Source: Candidatus Micrarchaeota archaeon (GTDB taxonomy: Archaea > Micrarchaeota > Micrarchaeia > Anstonellales > Bilamarchaeaceae). From it: a stretch of DNA of 41,304 nt. The position numbers and the translations under genes are program-made. The stretch covers positions 1-41,304 of the forward strand of contig JBBSVO010000013.1 of NCBI GenBank assembly GCA_038046805.1, written 5' to 3'. The notes under the pieces were generated by a model. That model saw only the letters and a program-made list of their open reading frames with translations, did not search any database and was not told the origin of the DNA. This document shows positions 26,254 to 35,912 of this stretch, piece after piece (the first letter of the stretch is position 1; every line of letters begins with the position of its first letter).

Positions 26254-28023
26254 TCAGTAGTTTTCTGGTTTCTCAGGATCCGGGCTTATTGGTGTGCTCA
26301 TTCTCAACGGATTTGGTTTTCCAGGAGTTGATGAGAAATACGCTCCACCTACATGTTTTCCACTACCATCTCTGCTGATGCTACCTCTACCGGTCTGAGT
26401 CTGGTCTGCAATTACGGAATAAGCCCCGTAAGTTGCCTGTGAAAGAATGTTAGGTGAACTTGTTGCAGTTTCGTTTCCTTGTGAAATTGGTTCTTCTACT
26501 GCAATTGATATTTGAGCACCGCTCAATTCTGGCATGGTGCCTGTTAAAGACGAAGTCGTTTGATTCTTGGGTAATTGTCGTGTTTGTGGAACAAATTCAA
26601 TATCCGAAGACGTAATTGGCGCTGTTGAAACTGTGGAAAGCGTCGAATCTGAGGGAAGAACTGAAACCATTTGAATCGGAACTTCTTCAACAAATTCTAT
26701 AAATTGAAATATTGGACCTGACGAGTTGTTGGTTTCCGTTTGAGCCTGTGGATTCGTATTTAACGTGTTTTGTATTGGTTGTGCTGCACTTTGAGAGATA
26801 TTTGTTTCCGTTTCTGGATATGTTGTTTGAGTTGGTGTTCCCGCACTATTTTCACCCGGAGTTTGTATGGTCGATGCAGTTTTGGTGGCCAAAACCTGAG
26901 CTTGAATAGAAAATCCTTCTCTTTCAACTTCGGTTTGTTCTTCGGGTGTTGGATTTATCTGAATTGCAACAAGACTTTGAAAAACTGGAGAAGGGACACA
27001 ATCTGCAGGGATTATCAGAGTCTCATTGTTTGTTTTTTCTGGAACCCTATTATCAATTAAATTTTTCCGTGTGCGCTCTCGATTTCCATTTCGAGATTTT
27101 GTTTCGCTCATTCCGATTCGAGTGTTTACTTTATCGTTCATCCCATTTATTCCCGGATTGGGGTTGATTCCATTTATTTGAACTGCTTCAGAAGATTCCA
27201 AATTCAAGTTTTGTGATACTGGCGTGTACGTAAAAGTTATGGCATAACATTCTTCCTCGCGTACTTCGTGATCTGCTCTAGTTTCCGGTTCTACTCTGGC
27301 GTATCCAGGTTCCAAATTCGTGGTTTGTATTGGAGTACTGCCCGCTTCGATTATGTTTTGATGGTTTTCTTCAAACACAATATTGAAATGTGCTGACCAA
27401 GGTTTGTCTCCATCCTTTTCAGCATTTTTTTCTTCCTTGTCGCAGATTGCCAGTATATTCCTGGCAGGTACGCAGAATGTTACATTCATTTCATTTGTTT
27501 CACTAAGCGCGGTAAATGTTGCGTTGTGCATTTCCTCCCATTCCTGTGCGCAATCGTTTCTTGCTTTATCTGAAAGTGCCAATGCCGCGCCTATGGATGA
27601 AGGCTCTTCAAAAATTATTCCATATGCTGCAAGAATCCTGCCAATTCTAGTTTCCATTGATTTGCTTGGGTTCCAGTTCGGTGCCCACCAATGTGATTTT
27701 TTCGCGTATGGCGGTTTGAATCTTTTGTTTGCATTTTTCTTTCGCAGCTTTTCACGTTCTTCGTATGTAAGCGTCTTTTTTACACCAGTATATTTACTAT
27801 AGAACTCCTCGTTTTCTTCGTGCGGTTCTACATGTCGTCCATTTACTTCTTTCTTTCGGTTTTTTCTCAAGTTATTTTCCAATAAACAGTCTTTTTTCTG
27901 GTAAAATCCACCATATCTCCTTTGCTTCGCTATCGCATTCTCGTCGGGTCTGTGTTTATTGCAGCTCGTTTTTTGAGTATGCAATCTGGTTGTCTGCTCT
28001 CTTCTAATCCTCATAATTCGCAT
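26254..28023 (-). CDS. Hypothetical protein with a basic N-terminus and T/S/Q/N/P-rich low-complexity C-terminal half
   Basis: 589 aa ORF filling the gap; TTTATATA box at 28052-28059 upstream. Confidence 0.65.
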   Translation of the reverse strand: MRIMRIRREQTTRLHTQKTSCNKHRPDENAIAKQRRYGGFYQKKDCLLENNLRKNRKKEVNGRHVEPHEENEEFYSKYTGVKKTLTYEEREKLRKKNANKRFKPPYAKKSHWWAPNWNPSKSMETRIGRILAAYGIIFEEPSSIGAALALSDKARNDCAQEWEEMHNATFTALSETNEMNVTFCVPARNILAICDKEEKNAEKDGDKPWSAHFNIVFEENHQNIIEAGSTPIQTTNLEPGYARVEPETRADHEVREEECYAITFTYTPVSQNLNLESSEAVQINGINPNPGINGMNDKVNTRIGMSETKSRNGNRERTRKNLIDNRVPEKTNNETLIIPADCVPSPVFQSLVAIQINPTPEEQTEVEREGFSIQAQVLATKTASTIQTPGENSAGTPTQTTYPETETNISQSAAQPIQNTLNTNPQAQTETNNSSGPIFQFIEFVEEVPIQMVSVLPSDSTLSTVSTAPITSSDIEFVPQTRQLPKNQTTSSLTGTMPELSGAQISIAVEEPISQGNETATSSPNILSQATYGAYSVIADQTQTGRGSISRDGSGKHVGGAYFSSTPGKPNPLRMSTPISPDPEKPENY

Positions 28024-28071
28024 TCACCAATCTTTCTATCCTTTTGAGCAGTATATAAACCTTCTTTTTTG

Positions 28072-29508
28072 TTATTTGTTTTTTCGTTGTTTGTCTAAGC
28101 TTTCGCCCATTTTCACCAGGAATTCGTTTATTTTATCCTTTGGAACTGAAGCACCAGCGGCTATCCTGTGTCCCCCACCAATCGCTCCATGCGTAATGTT
28201 TTCGCAGGTTTCTTTTATCGCAAGACCCAAATTCATTCCTTCAGCAAGAAGAAGCCTGTTTGCACGTGAGGATATTTTTATTGTTGCGCCTCCATCCACA
28301 GACGGTTCTCCTTCAGAAATTCCAAGAACTGGCTTTTTTGCCATTGGATGAAGCCACATCCCGCATATTATTCCTATTATCCCCTCGTCTATCTTTCCCC
28401 TTCCATCAAGAAAATAAAATTTTCCGAAATCCTGGACATTTTCCTTTGCAAATGAAATCCCCTCGCGTATCATTTTCCTGTGATGTAGAAGCAGCGAGTG
28501 CGCCGCCATCATTGCTTCGGTGTCTTTACCATCGCCGTTCATGCAGACCCTGACACCTATTTCCGCCTTTCCATGCCGTCCGCACGCATTCAGCAATGTT
28601 GAAAACTCGTTTGCCTCGTATGTTTCACTTCCTCTTGCGCGATGCGGAAAAACATACGATTCTCCGACAAGTGTCTTTGCCTTGTTCGCCATTCCATTTT
28701 TCATTAGAATCTCCGCGAGTGCGGAAACGATTTTTCGTTTTTCATTTTCGTTTAGTTCTCCGTATTTTACCCAGCGTTCGCGTGCGGCCCCATCTTCCCG
28801 GTTTTCCGCGTTTTCGTTCGTATCATTTATTCCACAATCCGAAATCAGTTTCCTTACGCCTTCTTCATTATATGAAATTCCGGGAACATAAGGGTCATCC
28901 GAGTAAAGGAGAAACTGAAGGAGAGGGCGGGAATACCTTCCATAAAATCTCAAGTCGTTCTCAACAACTATCTTCCCACTTGAAATTCCCTGTTCAAGTA
29001 CCCAACGATTCATTCCGCGTAATGGGTGCTGCATATCTCCAACCGCACCTGTAATCGCAACATCAACATATTTTGCATTTGAGCCGCTTTCGTCATTTCC
29101 GAAAACGCAAAACGCCGCACCAGCGGAACTCAGTTCATCTCCACCATCAATTCCGAAAAGAAGAGGGGTAATCTGGAGTTTTTCAATGCCTTCGGTCTGG
29201 TGGTGATCTATAATTAAGATGTCTCCAGCGAGTTCATTTACTCTTTTATTTCCGCCTCCGAGGTCGCAAAAAATTATTTCGCGTTCAGGGCGCAATTCAT
29301 CAATCACTTTGTCATCCAGTTTTTTTATCCATCGCGCCTTGTATTTTTTTCCAGCATCGCGGAGGGCGGCCTGAACTATCGCGCCAGAGGATATACCGTC
29401 GGCGTCAAAGTGGTGCACAACGAGCGGTTCGTTAAATGAAAGCGCCACTCTCCGTGCCTCAGCGCATTTTTCAAGAAATTCGGTTTCATTTGATTTGAGG
29501 GTATACAT
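28072..29508 (-). CDS. DHH phosphoesterase, archaeal RecJ/GAN/Cdc45-like exonuclease
   Basis: HHFDADG, FCDLG, IIDHH, GAVGDMQ, EFSTLLNACGR, GGGHRIAAGA (DHHA1). Confidence 0.9.
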   Translation of the reverse strand: MYTLKSNETEFLEKCAEARRVALSFNEPLVVHHFDADGISSGAIVQAALRDAGKKYKARWIKKLDDKVIDELRPEREIIFCDLGGGNKRVNELAGDILIIDHHQTEGIEKLQITPLLFGIDGGDELSSAGAAFCVFGNDESGSNAKYVDVAITGAVGDMQHPLRGMNRWVLEQGISSGKIVVENDLRFYGRYSRPLLQFLLYSDDPYVPGISYNEEGVRKLISDCGINDTNENAENREDGAARERWVKYGELNENEKRKIVSALAEILMKNGMANKAKTLVGESYVFPHRARGSETYEANEFSTLLNACGRHGKAEIGVRVCMNGDGKDTEAMMAAHSLLLHHRKMIREGISFAKENVQDFGKFYFLDGRGKIDEGIIGIICGMWLHPMAKKPVLGISEGEPSVDGGATIKISSRANRLLLAEGMNLGLAIKETCENITHGAIGGGHRIAAGASVPKDKINEFLVKMGESLDKQRKNK

Positions 29509-29534
29509 GCCAATATCTAACGTGGTATTCAGTC

Positions 29535-29542
29535 TTTATAAA
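29535..29542. promoter_or_regulatory. TATA box for the DHH gene
   Basis: Palindromic TTTATAAA 27 nt before ATG 29508 (-). Confidence 0.5.
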
Positions 29543-29607
29543 TGTTTTGTTACAATAAATAAACTAATATCTACGTCTTTATGTATGATTTTTGAGAGGT
29601 TTATTAT

Positions 29608-30633
29608 ATGGTTGCAATGACACAAGCTAATGCAGGTACTCAGGGAAGGACTGTTCAGGGGATTGTTGAGGCCGCGAACGGAAGGCTTCAGGATGCATTT
29701 TTGAGGGCAGTCACCCCCAAATTAGATGAGGTGGCAGAAAAATGTCTTAGGCAGGTACGTACTACATATAGCTCAAGCCCAAGATTGGCGGAGTTATCCG
29801 CACGTGAGGCAGGTCTAAGTGATGATCAGACCAGACTAACCTCAAGACTAGGGCTGCTCAATCCTTTACTTGATTCTTTTTCTGATCTGTCTTTTGAATC
29901 TGTTGATGGTAATCCATTTTCTCAACCCTGCGGAATCGAAGAAATAGATGATCATATTAGAGTTCTTAATATATGGCGTGGAGTTTATTCAAGGGATTCG
30001 GAAGCAGCCAGGGAAGTTCAGACGCTTCTGAGTGAAATTGAGGTTAAATTCGCTAATCTTAAAGAGGATATCTCACGTCTGGAATCAGAAATAAAAGCTT
30101 TGGAAACGCCATCGCTTGCCGCAAAATTGGCAAGTTTCTTATCGTCCAAGCCGAAAGTTGAAGATACTGCTGTTTCTACGGGCGAAGAGAATGAACTAGT
30201 ATCTCAATCAGTGATAATCTCAAGTGGTCTCTGCGAAGTAGTCGGTAGAGTAGATGTTGCCTCAGCAAAATACAAAAGGGATGCACTTACTTCTAAACAA
30301 ACGGAGATTCGGGATGCAGATGCTTTTCTTACCGAAGTGCGTGCAAAACTAGACGCTCTCAGCGGGCATCTTAATCAGGTTAACGAGCATATTGGTGTCA
30401 AAGTACAACTAATCAAAGAACTTCCACAAACTCTTCTTGATGCTGCGAACACGGAATTGACTGACGTCGCTAATCAACTTAGTGTTGTTCGTACTGATAT
30501 TGAAACCGAAGTTGATCGTTTGTGCAATATAGCTGAGGTAAGAATATCTGAAATTATTGGGAATTTTCAGGCTGCTGGTGAAAAAGTTGCCACGCGTTTG
30601 CATGCTCTTGCAAATGACGAATCTCCGAAGTGA
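29608..30633 (+). CDS. Hypothetical coiled-coil protein
   Basis: 341 aa; GAGG SD; heptad-rich segments (LKEDISRLESEIKAL, VRAKLDALSGHLNQV). Confidence 0.75.
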   Translation: MVAMTQANAGTQGRTVQGIVEAANGRLQDAFLRAVTPKLDEVAEKCLRQVRTTYSSSPRLAELSAREAGLSDDQTRLTSRLGLLNPLLDSFSDLSFESVDGNPFSQPCGIEEIDDHIRVLNIWRGVYSRDSEAAREVQTLLSEIEVKFANLKEDISRLESEIKALETPSLAAKLASFLSSKPKVEDTAVSTGEENELVSQSVIISSGLCEVVGRVDVASAKYKRDALTSKQTEIRDADAFLTEVRAKLDALSGHLNQVNEHIGVKVQLIKELPQTLLDAANTELTDVANQLSVVRTDIETEVDRLCNIAEVRISEIIGNFQAAGEKVATRLHALANDESPK

Positions 30634-30643
30634 GGTGTAAAAC

Positions 30644-33600
30644 ATGTCAGATGATTCTAAACCAGATGGAAAAGGCGCAACCGCGCTTGATGCGTTTGAT
30701 ACGTTAGATCTTACACCAAAGAAATTAATAACTCAATTAAGGTTTTCAGAATCTGGCGATCTTCTTCGTGTAACTTTTACAAGAGAAGACGGTTCGTCAG
30801 GTGATTTTCAATTCAATTCTTCTGAGATCGTCAAGATGGTAAGCGGAGACACGTCTAAAGTAGCGGATATGCTTGCAAGCGATTATCCAGATATTTTTTC
30901 CCGTGAGTTCGCAACTCGTCTTCTTGATGGAGTTTCCGCTTCTTCTGAATTTCAGGCTCATGCGGCTACGCTTCAGCAAGCAGTTCAGGAACCATTGCAA
31001 AACACAGGACTCGGGACTCAAGACGCGAAACCCGGAACGCAAGACGCGGAACCATCATTAGGCGGCACACAATCCTTTGCGAATTTGGTAAACATGGTTG
31101 CGCCTCCTGGTGCAGCTCACCTTTCTGGAGATTCAGGAATCCCTGATCCGAGCCGATTGGTTGATTTAAGTGCAGTCCCGCGCGGAAGCGGAGCGGATGA
31201 ATCTTCAGCATTTCTTGTTCAACCAGATGGCACGAGCACCCCGCCCAGGGTCGTCCCACCCCCTGTTCCTCCAATCTCTTCGGAAAAAAGGGGAAAACCC
31301 GGTGAAACCGTTGTTCTTCCAGATGCACGTGAAGATGACGAAACCGTTGTTCTTGAAGGGGATGACATTAAGATGGAATCCGAGCCAGTAGCTCCAGTGG
31401 CAGCAGTCGGAGAACATTTAGGGCCGGTACAAACCCGCGGAGATATCTCACTTGTTTCAGATGTTCCGGAACCGTTACAGTTTGCTGGAGAAACCCAACC
31501 TTCTGTAGTTGTTCCAGAAATGGAATCGCCGACACAAGTTATTCGTACAGCACCTGAACCATTGCACCCGGAAGGCCGTGGAGATCGTGATGAGGATGTA
31601 ACTCAGGAAATTCCAGCAGATCAAAAGCCAAAACCCGTAACTCCGGCATTGGTTTTTCCGCCTTCAGAAGGAAGTGAATCTGCACAAATTGATTCATCTG
31701 CGCAAGCATCTGTTGGCGAGCCAACTACACAAGCTGCCTCAGTACAACCCGCTCCACAAGATGCTCCGCAATCTTCTGATGCAACACCTCAAGATGCAAA
31801 ACCAATTCCTGTTGTTAGTATCGGTCGTAGTGGTCATGTTCTCGTACTTCTAAATGATAAATCCGAAGTGATTCTTGGTGGCCGTTCGATTCTTCGCGTT
31901 CTCAACGCAAATAAAAGTGGCGGACGGGATGAAGCAGCACGCATACTGTCAGCAGAATATCCGGGCATTCAATCCGATCTCGCAGGGCTTATTCTTGACA
32001 AGGTGTGCGCCACGGATTTTGTCAGTAATGCGATTGATTTTCTGTCTTCTTCCAGGCAATCTGCATCAGACCAAGCATCTTCTGCACATACAAAACCAAT
32101 CCCTCCTGTTAGCTTAAGTATTCGTTACAATCTTTTAGTGATTGGCCATGATAGTCTTGAAATAGTTCTTGATCGCGCAGTTGTTACTCGCATTCTTCTT
32201 GCAAATAAAAGAGGCGGAAGATCAGAGGCAGAACGTGTATTGGAGCATAGACCTATGGGTATCACATCCGATGATGATAAAATTATTCTTGATCAGTTGT
32301 GTAGTCCAGGTTTTGCCAGTACGTTTAGACAGTTATTATCTTCCCAAAATCAGCCAGCATCAGTCCAACCATCCACACCAACACAACCGCCCGCGCAACC
32401 ATCGGTTTCGGCACCAGCGCAACCAGCAGTAAGCACTCCACAACCGTCGCCTCCGGTTCCAACAAAAGATGAGTTAAATGCAATGTATCTTGCTGCGGCA
32501 GGTAATGGAGAGGTAGATGAAATAAAACGTGCAATCGCACTTGGTGCGGACAAAGAGGCAAAAGATTCCGAGAAGAAAACCGCGTTAATGCGTGCGGTTG
32601 CAGGTCTTCATCTTCCTGCGGTTCAGTGTCTTATCGAAGAGATTAAAGTTAATCTGTATACGAAAGGTGTTTTTGGGTTTACCGTAATTGACAATCTGCA
32701 AGCTCTCGGGGATTCTGATGAAGCAAAAGCTGTTAAGACGTATATCCAAGAAATTCATGATAATGGCATGAGACGGGTTCATGATGCCCTAGTTGCCAAA
32801 TCTGCTCAAGATGCTATCACATCTGTTCTCCCAGCACCAAGAAAAAGTGCCAAACCCTTTCTCTCCAATTTGCCGTGGGGCTGGTTGATCGGTGCAACAG
32901 TGGTCACATCTCTTTCAATCGTGACTGCTGCTTCAAGTTCATTCCGCAACTCTGTTTTTGATTTTGCAAAGGGGGTTGCATCCGCAGCAGGGGTTATTTT
33001 CACAGATGGGATTAAAGAAACCAAAGATGGCGGATTGCGTTTCACAGGATTTTCTTCAGAGAATAACTGGTGGAAGGAAGGAAAGTACAAACTTTCAAAA
33101 GAAGATGCACTCGACGTTGCAAATCAGGTTCTTATTGGGCGTATGGATTATGCAAGGGATATTTTAACGACACGATTTGACATTTCCAATTCGCTCGCAG
33201 ATGATATGCTCGAGGAAATGAATATTTATGATGCTTCACGAATTGCAAAAAAGCCATTCTTACAGTTAGCGCATGGCCGCTATCAATTCACGAATGTATA
33301 CATAAATGATGTTTTTCCGAGTTGTTCGATTTCCAAAGACGGAATGAAAAAAGTTGTCAATGCATATATTGCGCAAGGTGAGGGGGCCGCGCTTGATATC
33401 CTTAACGACGAGCTTTTCGCTACTAATCGCAATGGCAGGTTAGTCAGTTCATGTTCTTCTTGGGCAGGAGTTACTTTCTTTTCCAAGAGTACTCTCACAG
33501 ATATGATGCGCGCAATTCTGTTATCATCAATTGGTCGGCCTTTTATTCATGAAGCTGATATGGCGTTTCAAGCACAAAAAGCTGCGGACGCGGAAGCGAA

Positions 33601-34057
33601 AAAAACCGCAGATGAAGTTGCAAAACTAGTGGAACAAGAGAGATTACGCAAAGAAATGGAAGCGAAAGATGCCGCTGCATTAAAAGCTGCAGAAGAAGCC
33701 AAAAACATGCGGGATCTTTTAGAATCTGCGATTACCCCGCCGGTTTTGAGTTCTGAAGACGAAGAGCATATTCGTTCTGTTGCAGCTGAAAAGCGGGCAG
33801 CAGAAGAAAAGGCGGCAAAACAAGAAGCAGAACGTGCGGAAAAACAAAAACAAGAACAAGCGAAAAAAGCTGCCCAAGAATCTGCAGCAAAAAAGAAAGC
33901 AGAAGATGATCGCAAATCACGTGAAGCTGCTGCAAAGCGCGCGATGTCAAAAGGAGCAGGTGCAGAAACCAGGCGCGTCTTAAGTGACTGCGAACGTAGC
34001 TGCAAATATGGTGGCGGTACTTCGATGCAACGGGCATGTATCAGCGGTTGCCGATAA
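30644..34057 (+). CDS. Large membrane-anchored protein: repeated ~80 aa module, Pro-rich linkers, ankyrin repeats, one TM helix, A/K/E-rich coiled coil, C-terminal 4-Cys motif
   Basis: 1137 aa; GAGGTG SD; ankyrin-like AAAGNGEVDEIKRAIALGADKEAKDSEKKTALMRAV; TM WGWLIGATVVTSLSIVTAA; ends CERSC...CISGCR. Confidence 0.8.
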   Translation: MSDDSKPDGKGATALDAFDTLDLTPKKLITQLRFSESGDLLRVTFTREDGSSGDFQFNSSEIVKMVSGDTSKVADMLASDYPDIFSREFATRLLDGVSASSEFQAHAATLQQAVQEPLQNTGLGTQDAKPGTQDAEPSLGGTQSFANLVNMVAPPGAAHLSGDSGIPDPSRLVDLSAVPRGSGADESSAFLVQPDGTSTPPRVVPPPVPPISSEKRGKPGETVVLPDAREDDETVVLEGDDIKMESEPVAPVAAVGEHLGPVQTRGDISLVSDVPEPLQFAGETQPSVVVPEMESPTQVIRTAPEPLHPEGRGDRDEDVTQEIPADQKPKPVTPALVFPPSEGSESAQIDSSAQASVGEPTTQAASVQPAPQDAPQSSDATPQDAKPIPVVSIGRSGHVLVLLNDKSEVILGGRSILRVLNANKSGGRDEAARILSAEYPGIQSDLAGLILDKVCATDFVSNAIDFLSSSRQSASDQASSAHTKPIPPVSLSIRYNLLVIGHDSLEIVLDRAVVTRILLANKRGGRSEAERVLEHRPMGITSDDDKIILDQLCSPGFASTFRQLLSSQNQPASVQPSTPTQPPAQPSVSAPAQPAVSTPQPSPPVPTKDELNAMYLAAAGNGEVDEIKRAIALGADKEAKDSEKKTALMRAVAGLHLPAVQCLIEEIKVNLYTKGVFGFTVIDNLQALGDSDEAKAVKTYIQEIHDNGMRRVHDALVAKSAQDAITSVLPAPRKSAKPFLSNLPWGWLIGATVVTSLSIVTAASSSFRNSVFDFAKGVASAAGVIFTDGIKETKDGGLRFTGFSSENNWWKEGKYKLSKEDALDVANQVLIGRMDYARDILTTRFDISNSLADDMLEEMNIYDASRIAKKPFLQLAHGRYQFTNVYINDVFPSCSISKDGMKKVVNAYIAQGEGAALDILNDELFATNRNGRLVSSCSSWAGVTFFSKSTLTDMMRAILLSSIGRPFIHEADMAFQAQKAADAEAKKTADEVAKLVEQERLRKEMEAKDAAALKAAEEAKNMRDLLESAITPPVLSSEDEEHIRSVAAEKRAAEEKAAKQEAERAEKQKQEQAKKAAQESAAKKKAEDDRKSREAAAKRAMSKGAGAETRRVLSDCERSCKYGGGTSMQRACISGCR

Positions 34058-34140
34058 TTCTCACTCTTGTCCAAACACTTCTATTTTTATTATTTCCCAG
34101 CGTTGCCATTTTGCATATTTGCGCATGGTAATGTGATCTT

Positions 34141-34794
34141 ATGGCTTCAAAATCAAAAGGCAAGGGAAAAACAACCGTAATGAAGGGAAAAAAAACTATT
34201 TCAAAGCCGCAACGAAGCGTAAAAGCAGGGATTCCAAAGATTCCAAAAAATCAAAAGACTCTGGAAGAACGCGAAGAGTCAGTGGAAATGCAGGAGCCGC
34301 TTAATCTTTCGGAACCCTCCGAAATCCAGGGCCTTTCCCAGACACCGTTTGAGCAGGCGCCACAAGTCTCAACCCCCATTCTTGACAAGGCTCTTGAGCA
34401 GCAGAGGGTTGAGGAAGAAAAGGCCCGTAAAATTGCAGAATTAGATCATACACTTTCAGAGCTTTCAGAAATGGAAGAAAGCATGATAATTATAACTCTT
34501 CAGAATACAAGTTCGGAAGATTGTGCGGAACTAAAACAACGAATTGTAGAAATAAAATCCGCCCCGGAAGATGAGCGAACGATCCCATTGCATGACTTGT
34601 TCATGGTGGAACGGGCATTTGAAGTCGTTGAAGGAAAAGTCAAACTTGAACTTCCAGCGTCTGAGACGGTTTCAGACTCCGGACAAAAACCATCCTTGTT
34701 TGATGGAATGAAACTGGCAGTTTCCGGTTTGTTCTCCTCCTTGTTCAAACCAAAGGGGAAATCAGATAATATCGAGCCCATCGCACCAGAATAA
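34141..34794 (+). CDS. Hypothetical protein (Lys-rich N-terminus, central coiled coil, amphipathic C-terminal helix)
   Basis: 217 aa ORF; GTGAT SD-like motif; LFDGMKLAVSGLFSSLFKPK. Confidence 0.7.
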   Translation: MASKSKGKGKTTVMKGKKTISKPQRSVKAGIPKIPKNQKTLEEREESVEMQEPLNLSEPSEIQGLSQTPFEQAPQVSTPILDKALEQQRVEEEKARKIAELDHTLSELSEMEESMIIITLQNTSSEDCAELKQRIVEIKSAPEDERTIPLHDLFMVERAFEVVEGKVKLELPASETVSDSGQKPSLFDGMKLAVSGLFSSLFKPKGKSDNIEPIAPE

Positions 34795-34825
34795 TCTGAT
34801 TCGCCCTGGTTCTGTTTCACAACAC

Positions 34826-34842
34826 TACCTTTTTATTTTTTA
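34826..34842 (+). promoter_or_regulatory. Putative promoter motif, copy 1
   Basis: TACCTTTTTATTTTTTA, 36 nt before ATG 34862; identical copy at 35878. Confidence 0.6.
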
Positions 34843-34861
34843 CCACTGATTAATATAAGTT

Positions 34862-35851
34862 ATGAACCGCTTAATAAGAACCGCTTTATGCGCTTCCGCT
34901 TTTGTCATAGCCTCTAATATAATTAGTCCATCTCAGGTTCACGCAAAACCGTTTCCACCAGGAGTTTCGTTTTTTCTCCCGCTTGCCGAAATCCCGCTTT
35001 CATCTCAGCAAAAGCTTCGAGCATTAGAAGAGAAGATAAATGCAATTGCTGAAGGCAGACTTAAGCTTAAGTTAAAAGATGATGTGCAATTACAGCTTCC
35101 GGATATTCCAACTCTGCGCGGGGTAATCATAAATAGAATACCTGCAGGTCCTCTAAAAACTAACTTATTTGCTCTATTGAGTGATGTTAACCAGGCAGGA
35201 GATGCCAATCCCGTGGGCGTTGCATTTGTTTCAGCATATCTTTTTTATGCAAATAATCTAAACCCATTTCTTGCAGCTTATTGGTCAGACCAGAATAATT
35301 TTGTTGAAGAAACATCTGAAGGAAGAGTAACAGGACCTTCCTACGATAAATCTGGAAACTTGGCAGGTTTTGTATGGTCTACTCAAGCGCCACCACAAAC
35401 ACCATCTTCCGAGCCAAAGCTAACAGACTCTGGGCGTTTGCCGGATGCTCAGAATCCTCAAGGTGAAACAAGGGGAAAAAGCCTGGCTGACAAGTTTTTT
35501 GATGCCCAATCTGCAAAAAAACCCGTAGTTAAGAAAGTGGCTAAGGAGGGAACAGTCATATTTCGAGGAGAACAAATTAAAGTAAACCAGGATTATTTAC
35601 CCATAGATGAAAAAGGTCTTGAATCGGTTAAAACTAAACTCTTCTGGCTGATTGAACTCAATCCTGGTGATCTGCCCGAGTATATACGTGTGCTTTCATT
35701 AGACGAACTTCGAGTATTCAATTCGGTAATCTCCACTCTGATCAGTAACCATAGCAATCCTATTCTCGAAAAAAGTGATGTTCGTAGAATGCTTCGAGAG
35801 AGGTTTGAGGCCCTGCAGGGAAACGAACCTACAATTCCGTTCGAAAAATAA
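34862..35851 (+). CDS. Secreted hypothetical protein, paralogous to the N-terminus of the downstream giant protein
   Basis: Signal peptide MNRLIRTALCASAFVIASNIISPSQVHA. Confidence 0.75.
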   Translation: MNRLIRTALCASAFVIASNIISPSQVHAKPFPPGVSFFLPLAEIPLSSQQKLRALEEKINAIAEGRLKLKLKDDVQLQLPDIPTLRGVIINRIPAGPLKTNLFALLSDVNQAGDANPVGVAFVSAYLFYANNLNPFLAAYWSDQNNFVEETSEGRVTGPSYDKSGNLAGFVWSTQAPPQTPSSEPKLTDSGRLPDAQNPQGETRGKSLADKFFDAQSAKKPVVKKVAKEGTVIFRGEQIKVNQDYLPIDEKGLESVKTKLFWLIELNPGDLPEYIRVLSLDELRVFNSVISTLISNHSNPILEKSDVRRMLRERFEALQGNEPTIPFEK

Positions 35852-35877
35852 TCCTTTTTGTTCAGTATTCAGGGACT

Positions 35878-35894
35878 TACCTTTTTATTTTTTA
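35878..35894 (+). promoter_or_regulatory. Putative promoter motif, copy 2
   Basis: TACCTTTTTATTTTTTA, 35 nt before ATG 35913. Confidence 0.6.
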
Positions 35895-35912
35895 TCCCAC
35901 GTTATACTCCCA

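Noticed and set aside
31013..31355. Short direct repeats (CAAGACGCG x2; GAAACCGTTGTTCTT x2)
   Set aside because: In-frame peptide duplications (GTQDAKP/GTQDAEP; ETVVL) within a low-complexity linker, not a separate element
35775..35912. ORF-track start of the 1550 aa protein
   Set aside because: It overlaps the upstream gene and the promoter-like motif; ATG 35913 gives a clean signal peptide
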